A stretch of DNA of 60,566 bases from an uncultured Bacillota bacterium (GCA_946622285.1 CAMOPK010000004.1:1-60566), one strand, 5' to 3'; counted from the stretch's first letter, positions 46,914 to 57,792 are shown. Notes: a model not told the origin generated them from the letters alone. Program-made: numbers and translations.

Positions 46914-47189
46914 TTAAAGTCTTGTTTTTAATTCATTTGTTACAGGTGCAAAGCCTGTACCTCTTCTAGCTTTCATCTCAGCTCTTACAATTGCTTTTTG
47001 TCTTTCCTTATTTCTACGTTTAATTTTTGCAAATAATTCTGGATCTGTTTGATCTACACCATACATCATAGCTACTAATTCTAAGCACTTAAGATGATTT
47101 AATGGTAAATCTGTAAGAAATTTGTCTTGTCTTTCAGTATCAAGACTTGCTGCTCTTTCTAATAATTCTTTAATTGTTAATGATTCCAT
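46914..47189 (-). CDS. Small hypothetical protein
   Basis: RBS AAGGGG; own TTGACA-16-TATAAT promoter. Confidence 0.55.
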   Translation of the reverse strand: MESLTIKELLERAASLDTERQDKFLTDLPLNHLKCLELVAMMYGVDQTDPELFAKIKRRNKERQKAIVRAEMKARRGTGFAPVTNELKTRL

Positions 47190-47269
47190 ATGTTTTTTCC
47201 CCTTGGTGAAACATATTATATCAATTATTCTCTAGATGTCAATTAAAAAAACTGATTAATATCAGTTTT

Positions 47270-47938
47270 TTATCTTCTTCTTCTATTTCCAAAAATAAGA
47301 ACTAGTCTTAATATTTGAAGAGCCGTATTAGCAACAGATGCAACATAAGTATAGGCTGCTGCCTTTAAAACCTTTTTTGCACCTTTAGTTTCGTCTTTTG
47401 TTAGAAATCCATTATTCAATTCTTTTAATGCTCTTCTAGATGCATCAAACTCAACTGGTAATGTTACAAGTTCAAAGAAAAGAATAACACATTCAAGCAA
47501 AATGCCTAAATAAATTAATTCAATCCATGAAGTTAATGCACCAATTAAAATTGCTAAGTAACCTGCATATGATGAAAAATTAACAATAGGAACTAACGAA
47601 CTTCTAAACTTTAATGGTTTATATCCAACTTTATGTTGAATTGCATGACCACATTCATGAGCAGCTACCGAAGCTGCTGTTATTGTAGAAGTAGCATATA
47701 CTTCTTCAGATAAATTTACAGTTTTAGTACTTGGGTTATAATGGTCAGAAAGTAAACCACTAGTCATTTGAATTTTAACATCAGCTAAACCATTTCTATC
47801 TAAAATCTTTCTTGCTATTTCTGATCCTTTTAAATTAGAAGATGACTTATGTTCCAAATATGTTCTATATTTCGACTTAATTGATAATTGTGCAATTAAT
47901 GTTATTAAAAATGCAACAATAGCTAAACTATAATACAT
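47270..47938 (-). CDS. YugP-like membrane zinc metallopeptidase
   Basis: LSDHYNP, VAAHECGHAIQ, TLPVEFDASRRA, AAAYTYVA. Confidence 0.9.
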   Translation of the reverse strand: MYYSLAIVAFLITLIAQLSIKSKYRTYLEHKSSSNLKGSEIARKILDRNGLADVKIQMTSGLLSDHYNPSTKTVNLSEEVYATSTITAASVAAHECGHAIQHKVGYKPLKFRSSLVPIVNFSSYAGYLAILIGALTSWIELIYLGILLECVILFFELVTLPVEFDASRRALKELNNGFLTKDETKGAKKVLKAAAYTYVASVANTALQILRLVLIFGNRRRR

Positions 47939-47939
47939 A

Positions 47940-48584
47940 TTATTCGACCCTTCTTTCTTTTGGTACTAATATTACTTTAGAACCAACAATTATATCATGT
48001 AATCCACGATTATCATTGCGCATTGAAACCATGATAATAATTGTTACCTCAATTACAAGTGATACAATTGCTAGTGCGTTTGTTACTAAGATATAATGCT
48101 TTTTAGAAATAATAAGTATTAATAATACCTTTAATGCATTTATCCATGTTTCATGCAATATAATAGTACGAAGTAAATACTTAGGTAAACTTAAATCATT
48201 TGATATTTTTATACTTGTTATTTTTTTACCAAGAGTTTGTCCGCCATTATATTTTTGAAAAACTGCAAAGTAAGTGACTGTTAATACAATTGATATTATT
48301 GTACCATAAATATTATTCTTATCTAATTTATAATTAACTTCTTCAAGTTTTGTTTTATATTCTTTAAGGCTTTTTTTATCTTTAATATTTTTAATGTTTG
48401 CTCTATAGTCTTCATAGAATTCATTATATTCTTTATATACCTCTTCATATTTTTTTAATTGAGGATTTAAATAACTAATGCTTGCTAACATTGAGGAAGC
48501 AAAAACTATAATTAATGTATCAATAATATAAGCAATTACTCTTCGAATTACCAATTTAATCAACTCTTTTCTATATAATATCAT
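47940..48584 (-). CDS. RDD family membrane protein (start uncertain)
   Basis: RRVIAYIID, GQTLGKK, RGLHDIIVGSKV. Confidence 0.85.
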   Translation of the reverse strand: MILYRKELIKLVIRRVIAYIIDTLIIVFASSMLASISYLNPQLKKYEEVYKEYNEFYEDYRANIKNIKDKKSLKEYKTKLEEVNYKLDKNNIYGTIISIVLTVTYFAVFQKYNGGQTLGKKITSIKISNDLSLPKYLLRTIILHETWINALKVLLILIISKKHYILVTNALAIVSLVIEVTIIIMVSMRNDNRGLHDIIVGSKVILVPKERRVE

Positions 48585-48629
48585 AACATATTTGACAATT
48601 TTTTCAATTAAAAAGAAGCTATTGCTTCT

Positions 48630-49481
48630 TTATTTTTTGCTTAATAGATTTACAACACTTGAAGCTGTATCTGATGATGTTTGCTTTGGCATATAAGGAT
48701 AAAGGATGTTAGCTGTTTTACTTACTGGCATTGATTGCATCACAACTCTTCCTGGACCAGTTACGATTGTATTAAATAAACCTTCACCACCTAAGAAAAT
48801 ATTTTTTAATCCTTTAACTGTTTCAACATCAATTTGACAGCTTGCATCCATCATTACTAAGTGTCCTGTACTTATTATCATTCTTTCTCCTGGTTGCAAA
48901 TATCTTTCTTCCATGCTTCCATCAATTTCAATAAATACTTTACCATTACCAGACATTCTTTGCATAATGAATCCTTCACCAGCAAATAGACCTACGCCTA
49001 TTTTTTTGTTGAAATGAACTGATACTTCTACTCCGGCTGTTCCAGCTAGAAATGCACTTTTTTGACATATTAATTCTTTGCCTGGAGCAATATCAAGTGC
49101 CATTATTGCACCTGGAAAACTAGATGAAAAAGCAATGGTTTGATTATCAGCTTGAGCAGTATAAATATTTTGAAATAATCTTTCTCCTGTAAACATCCTA
49201 GAGAATACTTTACCTACACCACCATTTGATGTGGTATCCATGGTAATACCATCTGACTTCCACGCCATTGATCCGCCTTCACATATTATTTGTTGACCTC
49301 TTGAAAGGTTTAAAACAACATAAGGCAAGTTATTACCTTTAATTTCATATTTTATTTCTTGAATTGGAGTATTATTATTTTGTGCTTGTCCATTCCCGAG
49401 TGGTGTTCCACAATTACCACAAAATTGACTTCCGATATTATTTTGTGCACCACAGTTTGGGCAAAATGTTCCATTATTCAT
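48630..49481 (-). CDS. Zinc-ribbon + AIM24 (TIGR00266) family protein
   Basis: FCPNCG..FCGNCG; GERLF, QKSAFLA, GEGFIMQ, GGEGLF..GPG.V.MQSMP. Confidence 0.88.
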   Translation of the reverse strand: MNNGTFCPNCGAQNNIGSQFCGNCGTPLGNGQAQNNNTPIQEIKYEIKGNNLPYVVLNLSRGQQIICEGGSMAWKSDGITMDTTSNGGVGKVFSRMFTGERLFQNIYTAQADNQTIAFSSSFPGAIMALDIAPGKELICQKSAFLAGTAGVEVSVHFNKKIGVGLFAGEGFIMQRMSGNGKVFIEIDGSMEERYLQPGERMIISTGHLVMMDASCQIDVETVKGLKNIFLGGEGLFNTIVTGPGRVVMQSMPVSKTANILYPYMPKQTSSDTASSVVNLLSKK

Positions 49482-49558
49482 ATTATCTATCCTCCTAATT
49501 TAAAGTATATCATTTATATATTTCTTAAGCAATAAAAAAAGGAATAAATATATTCCTT

Positions 49559-52504
49559 TTATTTTATATCACTGAGCCTTACACTTACTAGTTTACTAAC
49601 ACCAGATTCTTGCATTGTTATACCATATAAAGTATCTGCATATTCCATTGTTTTTTTCTTATGTGTAATTATTATAAATTGTGTATTTGCTTTTAGTTTG
49701 GTTATATATTCTCCAAATGTACTAACATTTACATCATCTAAAGCAGCTTCTACTTCGTCTAAAATACAAAATGATGTTTGTTTAGTTTTTAAAATTGCAA
49801 ACAATAACGAAATTGCAGTTAATGTTTTTTCACCACCTGAAAGAAGTGAAATACTTGTTAATTTTTTACCAGGAGGTGATGCTACAATTTCAACACCAGT
49901 TTCTAAAATATTCTTAGGATCAGTGAATACTAAATCTGCTGTACCACCTTTAAATAATTCTTTAAATACTTCTTTAAAGTTTTCACGAACAATTTTAAAT
50001 GTCTCTTTAAAATCTTTAGCCATTTGATCGTCCATCTCTTTAATTATTTCAAGTAAAATATTTTCAGCATTAGTTAAGTCATTACGCTGAGCAAGTAAAA
50101 ATTCATATCTTTCACTCACACGTTTATATTCTTCAATTGCTCCAACATTAACTTCACCTAATTCTTTAAGCGTTCTTCTAAGCTTATTTACTTTACTTCT
50201 AGATGACTCAATATCAATTAATGGATCACTCTTTTCTAATGCAAGTTCATAAGTCATATTATAATTTTCACTTAATGTTTTCAATGCATTATCAATCTTT
50301 ACTTCCAAACGATTAGATGTAACTTCTAAGTCTTTAAGATTATTCATCTCATTTCGATAAGATTCATTATTCAATCTAATATTTGCTTCTTTTTCGGAAA
50401 TAATATCATTAAATTCATCACGTTTTAATTTTAAATTATTATATTCTTGTTCTAGTTTTTCTTTTTCTTTTAATAATTCGTAATATTCATTTAATGCTTC
50501 TGTTTCTTCTTTAGATATATCATTTTTCAAAATATTATTGGAACTTGTTATTTCACTTGTAACAGCATTAATTTGCTCATATAAACTATTAACACTATCT
50601 TTAGAAATTTTTATTTTTTCAGTTAATTCCAATTTTTCTTTATTGATTACATAAAGACTATCTTCATATTCTTGGTATTTAGAATCTAAAGAATTTATTT
50701 CTTCTTCTAAATTTTTAATTCTTTCCTCATATTTTGCTGCTTCTTTTTCTTTATCAGCTAGTTCTTGTTTATCTGTCCAAGTATTTCTTGTCTTAGCGAG
50801 TTCGCCACCAGTTATTGAACCACCAACATGAACTATTTCACCTGAAAGAGAAACTATTTTATATTGATAATTAATGTATGTTGCTAAAGAATTAGCAGTT
50901 TTAATATCTTCAACTACTAAAACTGTACCAAGTTGATTAAATATAATGTCAGAATAAATTTTATCACATTTAACTAAATTAGCAGCAACATCTATAAAAC
51001 CAGGTTGTTTGCGTAAATAATTTAATCGGCTAATATCTATATTTTTTGGTTTAATAACATTTAATGGAAAGAATGTAACACGACCAAATTTATTCTCTTT
51101 TAAATATTTAATTGCCGCCTCTGCCGATTTTTGATCATCAACAATGATGTTGTTAATTGCAGCACCTAAAGCTGTTGTAACAGCTGTTAAATACTCTGGT
51201 GCAACCGAAATAATATTACCAACAGTGTCATTAATTCCTTTTAAACGTGGATTATTCAAAATATTTCTAACTGCTAATGGTAAAGAACCATTATTTTCGA
51301 TACTTACTTCTAAATCATTAATACGATTTTTAGTGACATTCAAGTTGTAGTGTACTTTATTAATTTCACTTTCTACTTCTTGCTTTCTTTTTCTTATTTC
51401 TTCGATCTTTGATGATTCTTTAGCTGCTTTTGCTTCTAAACCAACTAATAATTCTTGATCAGTATCAACTTTAAGTTCATAGCTTGCAACTTGATTTTTA
51501 AGTTTTAACTCTTCTTCTTTTAATGAGACAACATTTTTATGAATTTCATCAGTTGAAAATTCATATTTCTTTCTTTCAAGAATAATTTGTTTACGACTAT
51601 TAGCTTTTTCAACTTTTGATGTCATTTCAAGAATATCTTGATTCATTTTACTCATATCTTGATCAAGCTTCATCAACTCATTTTTTTCTTTTGCAACACT
51701 TGCTTCATCAGCAGATGAGGATGATGTTATTTTGATGAGTTCATCATTTAATACTTTTATTTTTGCATTTGCTTGTTCATATTGTTCATTAAAACTCTTG
51801 ATATCATGAGCAAGCATTGATACTTCTATTCCGGATAATTCTTCTTTAGCAGAAACATATATTTCAGCTTTTTCTTTAGCTTCTTTCAATGGTTCTACTT
51901 GAGATTCTAATTCTGCAATAATATCATTAACACGAGTTATATTGTCATGTGTACGATCAAGTTTTTTAATTGCGTCTTCTTTTCTTCTTTTATATTTTAA
52001 AACATTTGCTGCTTCTTCAAATATTACACGTCTTTCACTTGATTTTGCATTTAATATTTCATCTACTCTACCTTGAGAAATAATATTAAAGCTTTCTTTT
52101 GCTATACCACTATCTAGAAGAATATCAGTTATGTCTTTTAAACGACATTTTTCATTATTTAAAAAATATTCATTCGTACCATCACGATATACTCTTCTTT
52201 TAATTGAAACTTCATTAAAGTCAAGCGGTAATGAATGATCAGTATTATCAAATATAAGGGTTACTGATGCAACATTTAATGGTTCTCTTGATTTTGAACC
52301 AGAAAATATTACGTCAGTCATTGAACCATCACCTCGAAGACTCTTAACTGATTGTTCACCTAATACCCAACGGATTGCATCGACAATATTACTTTTTCCA
52401 GATCCATTTGGACCTACTATCCCCGTAATTTTATCTTCTAAATCTATTTGAATTTTATTGGCAAACGATTTAAATCCATTTGCTTTGATTGTTTTTAAGT
52501 ACAT
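49559..52504 (-). CDS. smc: Chromosome segregation ATPase SMC (short-arm form)
   Basis: GFKSFA, GPNGSGKSN, hinge GRVTFFPL and GGSITGG, LSGGEK, LDEVEAALD. Confidence 0.96.
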   Translation of the reverse strand: MYLKTIKANGFKSFANKIQIDLEDKITGIVGPNGSGKSNIVDAIRWVLGEQSVKSLRGDGSMTDVIFSGSKSREPLNVASVTLIFDNTDHSLPLDFNEVSIKRRVYRDGTNEYFLNNEKCRLKDITDILLDSGIAKESFNIISQGRVDEILNAKSSERRVIFEEAANVLKYKRRKEDAIKKLDRTHDNITRVNDIIAELESQVEPLKEAKEKAEIYVSAKEELSGIEVSMLAHDIKSFNEQYEQANAKIKVLNDELIKITSSSSADEASVAKEKNELMKLDQDMSKMNQDILEMTSKVEKANSRKQIILERKKYEFSTDEIHKNVVSLKEEELKLKNQVASYELKVDTDQELLVGLEAKAAKESSKIEEIRKRKQEVESEINKVHYNLNVTKNRINDLEVSIENNGSLPLAVRNILNNPRLKGINDTVGNIISVAPEYLTAVTTALGAAINNIIVDDQKSAEAAIKYLKENKFGRVTFFPLNVIKPKNIDISRLNYLRKQPGFIDVAANLVKCDKIYSDIIFNQLGTVLVVEDIKTANSLATYINYQYKIVSLSGEIVHVGGSITGGELAKTRNTWTDKQELADKEKEAAKYEERIKNLEEEINSLDSKYQEYEDSLYVINKEKLELTEKIKISKDSVNSLYEQINAVTSEITSSNNILKNDISKEETEALNEYYELLKEKEKLEQEYNNLKLKRDEFNDIISEKEANIRLNNESYRNEMNNLKDLEVTSNRLEVKIDNALKTLSENYNMTYELALEKSDPLIDIESSRSKVNKLRRTLKELGEVNVGAIEEYKRVSERYEFLLAQRNDLTNAENILLEIIKEMDDQMAKDFKETFKIVRENFKEVFKELFKGGTADLVFTDPKNILETGVEIVASPPGKKLTSISLLSGGEKTLTAISLLFAILKTKQTSFCILDEVEAALDDVNVSTFGEYITKLKANTQFIIITHKKKTMEYADTLYGITMQESGVSKLVSVRLSDIK

Positions 52505-52581
52505 AATTATCAACCCTACTTTATAAGTATACTATATTTGAGCTTATAAAACAAGAAAAAAGCAACTATTGATAGTTGCTT

Positions 52582-53772
52582 TTAACGGAAAAATCCAATA
52601 TAAACTAGAAATGTTAAATATATTATTAATAGCACATTTCCATTTATCATATCAGTCTTAGTTGATTTATATTTAACACCTAATGCTTGTAATGCTAAAA
52701 ATCCACCAATTAATCCACCAATATGGGCTGCATTACTGATTGAATCTACTGCAAGTCCAATTGCTAGGTTAATTAAAATCAATGGAATTATTTGAGACTT
52801 GATAACTGTTCCAAGGTATACTCTATAATGATATCCAAAATATAGTAACGCGCCTAAAAGGCCAAATATAGCACCAGATGCTCCTGCACCATATTTGCTT
52901 GGATCAGCAAATGATAATGCAAGTAATTCTGCCGAAATTGCACTTATTAAATAAATTGCTGTAAATTTTACTTTTCCAACATAGCTTTCAACTTGAGATC
53001 CAATGACATAAAGTGCATATGAATTAAATAATAAATGTAATAATCCAATATGATTAAATGTTGCTGTAATTAAGCGCCAATATTCACCATTTAAAACTCT
53101 TTCAGGTTTCATGCCACCAAAAAGTTTTAAAGCTGCATTTGAATTACCCAAAAGTGATTCAATTATTCCATTACCATTTTTTAAATTATATAAAAAAGTA
53201 AGTATAAATATAATTGCATTAATTACTAATATTGAATAAGTAATATATGGTCTTTTTGGTTTGAAAACATCCTCTGCTTTTTTGGCATTAACCTCTGTTT
53301 TTGCAGTAATATCACCTGTAATTTTAGCAAATAATTCCATACCTTTTTCAGCAAATTTAGTTTTGTTAATTATATCCGGAAAACTATCTGTAATAAAATT
53401 ATATTTCTTTAAATCAGACATTTTCTTTATATCAGCGCACATAATATTTTCATCAATTTCAAGCTTTTTAAGTTCAACATTTTCACCTAAATTTATAAAT
53501 AAACTCAATGTATTTATAGATGGTGAAAGTGTTTTTTTACTTATACTATGCATAATTTGTTTTGTTTTATATAAGTCTACTTGAAATTGTTCATTATTAT
53601 GAATATAGTTAGAAACTATTCTTACAATTTTATAATCATTATCAAAGTTTTCTAACCAAATTTCATTATTAGCTCCATGTAATACAATTGGTGTATAGTT
53701 TTCTTCAGTAATGAAATAATGCAATAATTTCATTACTAATTCATCTTCTCTAGATGTTATTGATTTAGCCAT
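52582..53772 (-). CDS. Rhomboid intramembrane serine protease with N-terminal soluble domain
   Basis: EYWRLIT..HIGLLHLLFN, GASGAIFG, AHIGGLIGG. Confidence 0.92.
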   Translation of the reverse strand: MAKSITSREDELVMKLLHYFITEENYTPIVLHGANNEIWLENFDNDYKIVRIVSNYIHNNEQFQVDLYKTKQIMHSISKKTLSPSINTLSLFINLGENVELKKLEIDENIMCADIKKMSDLKKYNFITDSFPDIINKTKFAEKGMELFAKITGDITAKTEVNAKKAEDVFKPKRPYITYSILVINAIIFILTFLYNLKNGNGIIESLLGNSNAALKLFGGMKPERVLNGEYWRLITATFNHIGLLHLLFNSYALYVIGSQVESYVGKVKFTAIYLISAISAELLALSFADPSKYGAGASGAIFGLLGALLYFGYHYRVYLGTVIKSQIIPLILINLAIGLAVDSISNAAHIGGLIGGFLALQALGVKYKSTKTDMINGNVLLIIYLTFLVYIGFFR

Positions 53773-53773
53773 T

Positions 53774-54673
53774 CTATACCTCCGCTTTAAATTTTTCTAA
53801 TATATTTTTAAATTCTTCTGGTAATTCACATGTAAATGTCATCTTTTCTTTAGTAGTTGGATGAATAAATTCGAGTTTTTTTGCATGCAAAACTTGACCT
53901 GTTTCGTCTATTTTAGAATAATTTCCATAGACTGGATCATTAACTACTGGATGATTTATATAATTCATGTGAACTCTTATTTGATGAGTTCTACCTGTTT
54001 CTAATTTGATTTCTAATAATGTTGTTCTTTTATATCTATCTAATACTTTAAAGTTAGTAACTGCTTTTTTACCACTAGCAACTACAGCCATTTTCTTTCT
54101 ATCTTTTGGATCTCTTCCAATTGGTGCATCGATTGTACCTGTATCTTCTTTAATTACACCCCAAACTAATGCTTCATATGTTCTTTTTATGTTCTTAGAA
54201 GCAAGTTCAGTTGCTAGAAATTCATGTGCTTTGTTGTTCTTAGCAATTACAAGAAGTCCAGTTGTAAAAGCATCAATACGATGAACTATTCCTGGACGAA
54301 ATTCACCATTAATATTGCTTAATTCATTTGAATAATAAGATAATGCATTAGCTAATGTATGATTATAATTTCCTGGTGCAGGATGAACTACTAAACCATT
54401 AGGTTTATTAATAACTAAAATGTCATTATCTTCATAAACTATATCTAAATCCATCTTTTCTGGTTCAAGATGGTTTTCAGTTTCGACGTATTCAAACTCG
54501 ATTTCATCATCTAATCTTACTTTATAGCTACTTTTTTCTTTTTTGCCATTAACTAAGACATTACCATCTTTAATTAATGATTGAATCTTACTTCTACTTA
54601 CATCGCTCTTTAAAGAAAGATAATTATCTAAACGCATATCATCATTTATTTCTACTTTGAATTTTTGCATCAT
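53774..54673 (-). CDS. rluD: RluA/RluD-family pseudouridine synthase with S4 domain
   Basis: RLDNYL, INKPNGLVVHP, GIVHRID, LETGRTHQIRVH. Confidence 0.92.
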   Translation of the reverse strand: MMQKFKVEINDDMRLDNYLSLKSDVSRSKIQSLIKDGNVLVNGKKEKSSYKVRLDDEIEFEYVETENHLEPEKMDLDIVYEDNDILVINKPNGLVVHPAPGNYNHTLANALSYYSNELSNINGEFRPGIVHRIDAFTTGLLVIAKNNKAHEFLATELASKNIKRTYEALVWGVIKEDTGTIDAPIGRDPKDRKKMAVVASGKKAVTNFKVLDRYKRTTLLEIKLETGRTHQIRVHMNYINHPVVNDPVYGNYSKIDETGQVLHAKKLEFIHPTTKEKMTFTCELPEEFKNILEKFKAEV

Positions 54674-55118
54674 GTTCCTCCTTTAAAGATTTAATAACTA
54701 GAATAATCATGGAAATAACAATTAAAGTATCTGCAATATTAAAAATTGGATAATCGTACCCAAATATATTGAAATCAAGATAGTCAATTACATAACCTAA
54801 CCTTATTCTATCAATCATATTACCAATTATTCCAGCAATAAGCATGCTCATTAAAATCTTATCTATTTTAGTTAATTTTTTTCCTTTTATAAAACAAAAA
54901 TATATTATTACTAAAGAGATAATTGCAATAATAATTAAAAATAATGATTGATTATTTAAAATGCTCCAAGCTGCTCCATAGTTGTGAGCATTAGTGATAC
55001 TAAAAAAATTAGCAATTATTTCTTTGCTTTCATTCAAAGGCAATTTGTTATCAATAATAATCTTTACTAATTGATCAAATATAATCAAAACAATTGATAA
55101 TATTGAAATAATTAACAT
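54642..55118 (-). CDS. lspA: Lipoprotein signal peptidase II
   Basis: DQLVK, NYGAAW, GNMIDR, VIDY, IFNIAD. Confidence 0.95.
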   Translation of the reverse strand: MLIISILSIVLIIFDQLVKIIIDNKLPLNESKEIIANFFSITNAHNYGAAWSILNNQSLFLIIIAIISLVIIYFCFIKGKKLTKIDKILMSMLIAGIIGNMIDRIRLGYVIDYLDFNIFGYDYPIFNIADTLIVISMIILVIKSLKEEHDAKIQSRNK

Positions 55119-55193
55119 TAAATATCACCTTATACATTATATCAAAAAAAGCAGCAAATGACTACTTTGAAAAGAAAAAATAGTACATAAGTA

Positions 55194-55673
55194 CTATTTT
55201 GCTTTTGCTAATGCTGTATCTACAGCTTTCATTAAATCTACAACCTTAATTGTTGCACCTGTGAATCCATCTAATTTAGATCCTTCAGCATCATATTTAA
55301 CCCATTCAATACCTTGGTCTTCTACAATCTTATCTTCAATTGCTTTAATTTGCTCATACCATTCTGCTCCACCAGCTATAGTTCCAATATTTGCTGATGT
55401 TGCTTTCATACCATAAGCATCACCTAAAGTCTTTTTAGTAGTATATACTTCATCTTTCATATAAGTTGTATCAATGAAACAACTCTTAATAAATCCATTT
55501 GCATCTACATAAATAACTGCTGTTGCAACGTCCTTTTGGCCACTATATTCATATTCATAAGTACCAAAGTAAGTACCTTCTTTATAGTTGCCTTTTTTGC
55601 CTTCTTCTTTAGCAACTTCGCAACCAGTTAAAAACAATAATAATGCGATTAAAACTAATGTATATTTTTTCAT
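55194..55673 (-). CDS. FMN-binding (flavinylated) lipoprotein, PplA-like
   Basis: Lipobox LTGC, YKEGTY, EWYEQ, DGFTGAT flavinylation motif. Confidence 0.85.
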   Translation of the reverse strand: MKKYTLVLIALLLFLTGCEVAKEEGKKGNYKEGTYFGTYEYEYSGQKDVATAVIYVDANGFIKSCFIDTTYMKDEVYTTKKTLGDAYGMKATSANIGTIAGGAEWYEQIKAIEDKIVEDQGIEWVKYDAEGSKLDGFTGATIKVVDLMKAVDTALAKAK

Positions 55674-55674
55674 A

Positions 55675-55923
55675 TTATTCCTCCTCTGCTGTTACCCAGA
55701 AACCACCAAACATAAATCCTTTACGGCTAGTACGTTTATATTCGATGTATTTCCAACCGAAACTTGTATACTCAGTTACATTTCCATCTGAATAAGTTTT
55801 TGTCTCTTCCTTTAATACTACTAATGGTTTTTGGTTTTTAGTGGCACGATAATAATCATATGCCATCAATCCAACCCAAGCAATTAAGATGATTGTGATT
55901 ATTGCTGAAATAACTTTTTTCAT
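55675..55923 (-). CDS. Small membrane-anchored hypothetical protein
   Basis: RBS GGAGGAG; N-terminal TM; lies inside the flavinylation operon. Confidence 0.6.
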   Translation of the reverse strand: MKKVISAIITIILIAWVGLMAYDYYRATKNQKPLVVLKEETKTYSDGNVTEYTSFGWKYIEYKRTSRKGFMFGGFWVTAEEE

Positions 55924-55963
55924 TTTTTCTCCTCCATATTCTATAAACATTCTACTACAAATA

Positions 55964-56464
55964 TTATTTTTTTTCAAGAAAATTAGTTAAAGACTTTTTA
56001 CTAATATAGCCAATTAATAATCCTGTTGGGACTGCAAATAATATTAAAACTGGTAAATAATATAATATATTAGCATTTTTAACAAACAGTATTGCTATAA
56101 GTATTTGACCTATAGTATGAAAAATTGAGCCAATAATACTTACGCCTATAATAGAAAAAATCTTAATCTTCTTGAATATAAACATTGCAATTAAACTAAA
56201 AATAGCACCACTTATACTAAAGAAAAATGTAATATTAAAAAGTCCAGTTCTAAGAATTCCGACAATAAAAATTCTTGCAATTGAAACAAATACTGCCTCT
56301 TTAATACCATATGCATATAATGCTATCATAATCGCAATATTTGCAAGGCCAATTTTAAGACCAGGAATTATTCCATTGAATATTGGTATTAAACTTTCAA
56401 CGATACTTAATACAATCGAAAGAGAAAGCAATATTGAAAGTCTTGTTATTTTTTTTATTTCCAT
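55964..56464 (-). CDS. Gx transporter family / EetB-like ECF S-component
   Basis: LSIVESLIP..IPGLKIGLANI, IIGVSIIGSIFHTIGQ. Confidence 0.85.
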   Translation of the reverse strand: MEIKKITRLSILLSLSIVLSIVESLIPIFNGIIPGLKIGLANIAIMIALYAYGIKEAVFVSIARIFIVGILRTGLFNITFFFSISGAIFSLIAMFIFKKIKIFSIIGVSIIGSIFHTIGQILIAILFVKNANILYYLPVLILFAVPTGLLIGYISKKSLTNFLEKK

Positions 56465-56471
56465 ATTTCAC

Positions 56472-56831
56472 CTACAATGTTGCATCTAAATCATTATTAG
56501 ATGTTATTTTAATAACTATTTTATTTGGCAAACAAACAATAGTTTCGTATGATTCTTTTATATATCCTTGTTTACTACATAAATGTTTTTCACTTGTTTC
56601 TTCAACAACTTTTATTTTTCCATTACCTGCTTTTATTTTAACATTACCATTATACCCTTTTACATTGTAATCCTGTTCTTCACCAGATAAATCTATTGTT
56701 AAAATAACTTGATTTTCATAGTAAACATTTGCAACTTTATTGGATTTTACAGATGTTAGTTTAAATAGTAGTAATATAATTAACAAAATTGGAACCAAAA
56801 AAACAATTAATAATTTATCATTCTTATTCAT
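56472..56831 (-). CDS. NusG domain II (DUF1312) / EetA-like protein
   Basis: N-terminal TM, LCSKQGYI, IVCLPNKIVI. Confidence 0.85.
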   Translation of the reverse strand: MNKNDKLLIVFLVPILLIILLLFKLTSVKSNKVANVYYENQVILTIDLSGEEQDYNVKGYNGNVKIKAGNGKIKVVEETSEKHLCSKQGYIKESYETIVCLPNKIVIKITSNNDLDATL

Positions 56832-57792
56832 AGTTTTTTATTCCTTCTGTTGTTACAACCTTATCATCTACTGTATACCAAATAACATCGACTTCTAAAT
56901 CTTTAATAAGTTTTTTACCTTCTTCTATTGGCATTAGAAATAAACATGTAGATAGTGTATCTGCTAATCCACTATCTTTTGTAATAATAGTAACACTTTT
57001 AAAGTAATTTGCTGGATACATCGTATTATAGTCAATTATATGATGATAGTTTTTACCTTCGTAGGTATAGAATCTTTCATAACCACCGCTTGTGACTACA
57101 CTTTTATTATTTAATTTTAAAACTTTATATATTTCTTTTGTTTGATCTGGTTTTTCCAAGCCTATTTTAAACTTGTCATTATTATAGTGATCTCCTACTA
57201 AAACATTACCGCCTGCGTTAATAATAAATTTATTTACTTTATTCTCTCTTAGATATTCTCCAACTTTTTCAGTTGCATATCCTTTAGCAATAGCTCCAAG
57301 ATCAATGCTAGGGTGATTATTTGATAGCTCACATTTATCATTTAAAATTATAGGATTTATTTTATTTTTTGCTTCATTTAATTCTTCAAGAGTTGGAATT
57401 CCTTCACCTTTTTCACGATAGTTTTTCCAAACATCTAAAATATTGGACATATTAATATTAAAGCTTCCATTAGTCTTTTTATTATAGTCAAGACCAAGTT
57501 TAATCATATTACAAAGTTTTGAATCAAGTTTAATTATTTCATCAGTACTATCATTATTTTTTAAATAATAAACGTTTTTTAAACCTTCGTATTCATGATA
57601 TCTATCTGCAAGTTCATGATATTCTTTATAAATTTTATCAACTTCTTTAAAAATGCTATCAGTATTTTCAGCATCATATATTTTTACATTGATATAGGTA
57701 TCCATATAAAAAAAGTTATGAGAATCAACTTTACTATTTGAACATCCTGTTATAAATAATAAGATAAGTATTAATTTTAATACTCTTTTCAT
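56824..57792 (-). CDS. apbE: FAD:protein FMN transferase (ApbE/FmnB) lipoprotein
   Basis: Lipobox ITGC, MDT, IDLGAIAKGY, NAGGN, VTSGGYER, YHHIID, ADTLST. Confidence 0.95.
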   Translation of the reverse strand: MKRVLKLILILLFITGCSNSKVDSHNFFYMDTYINVKIYDAENTDSIFKEVDKIYKEYHELADRYHEYEGLKNVYYLKNNDSTDEIIKLDSKLCNMIKLGLDYNKKTNGSFNINMSNILDVWKNYREKGEGIPTLEELNEAKNKINPIILNDKCELSNNHPSIDLGAIAKGYATEKVGEYLRENKVNKFIINAGGNVLVGDHYNNDKFKIGLEKPDQTKEIYKVLKLNNKSVVTSGGYERFYTYEGKNYHHIIDYNTMYPANYFKSVTIITKDSGLADTLSTCLFLMPIEEGKKLIKDLEVDVIWYTVDDKVVTTEGIKNYE

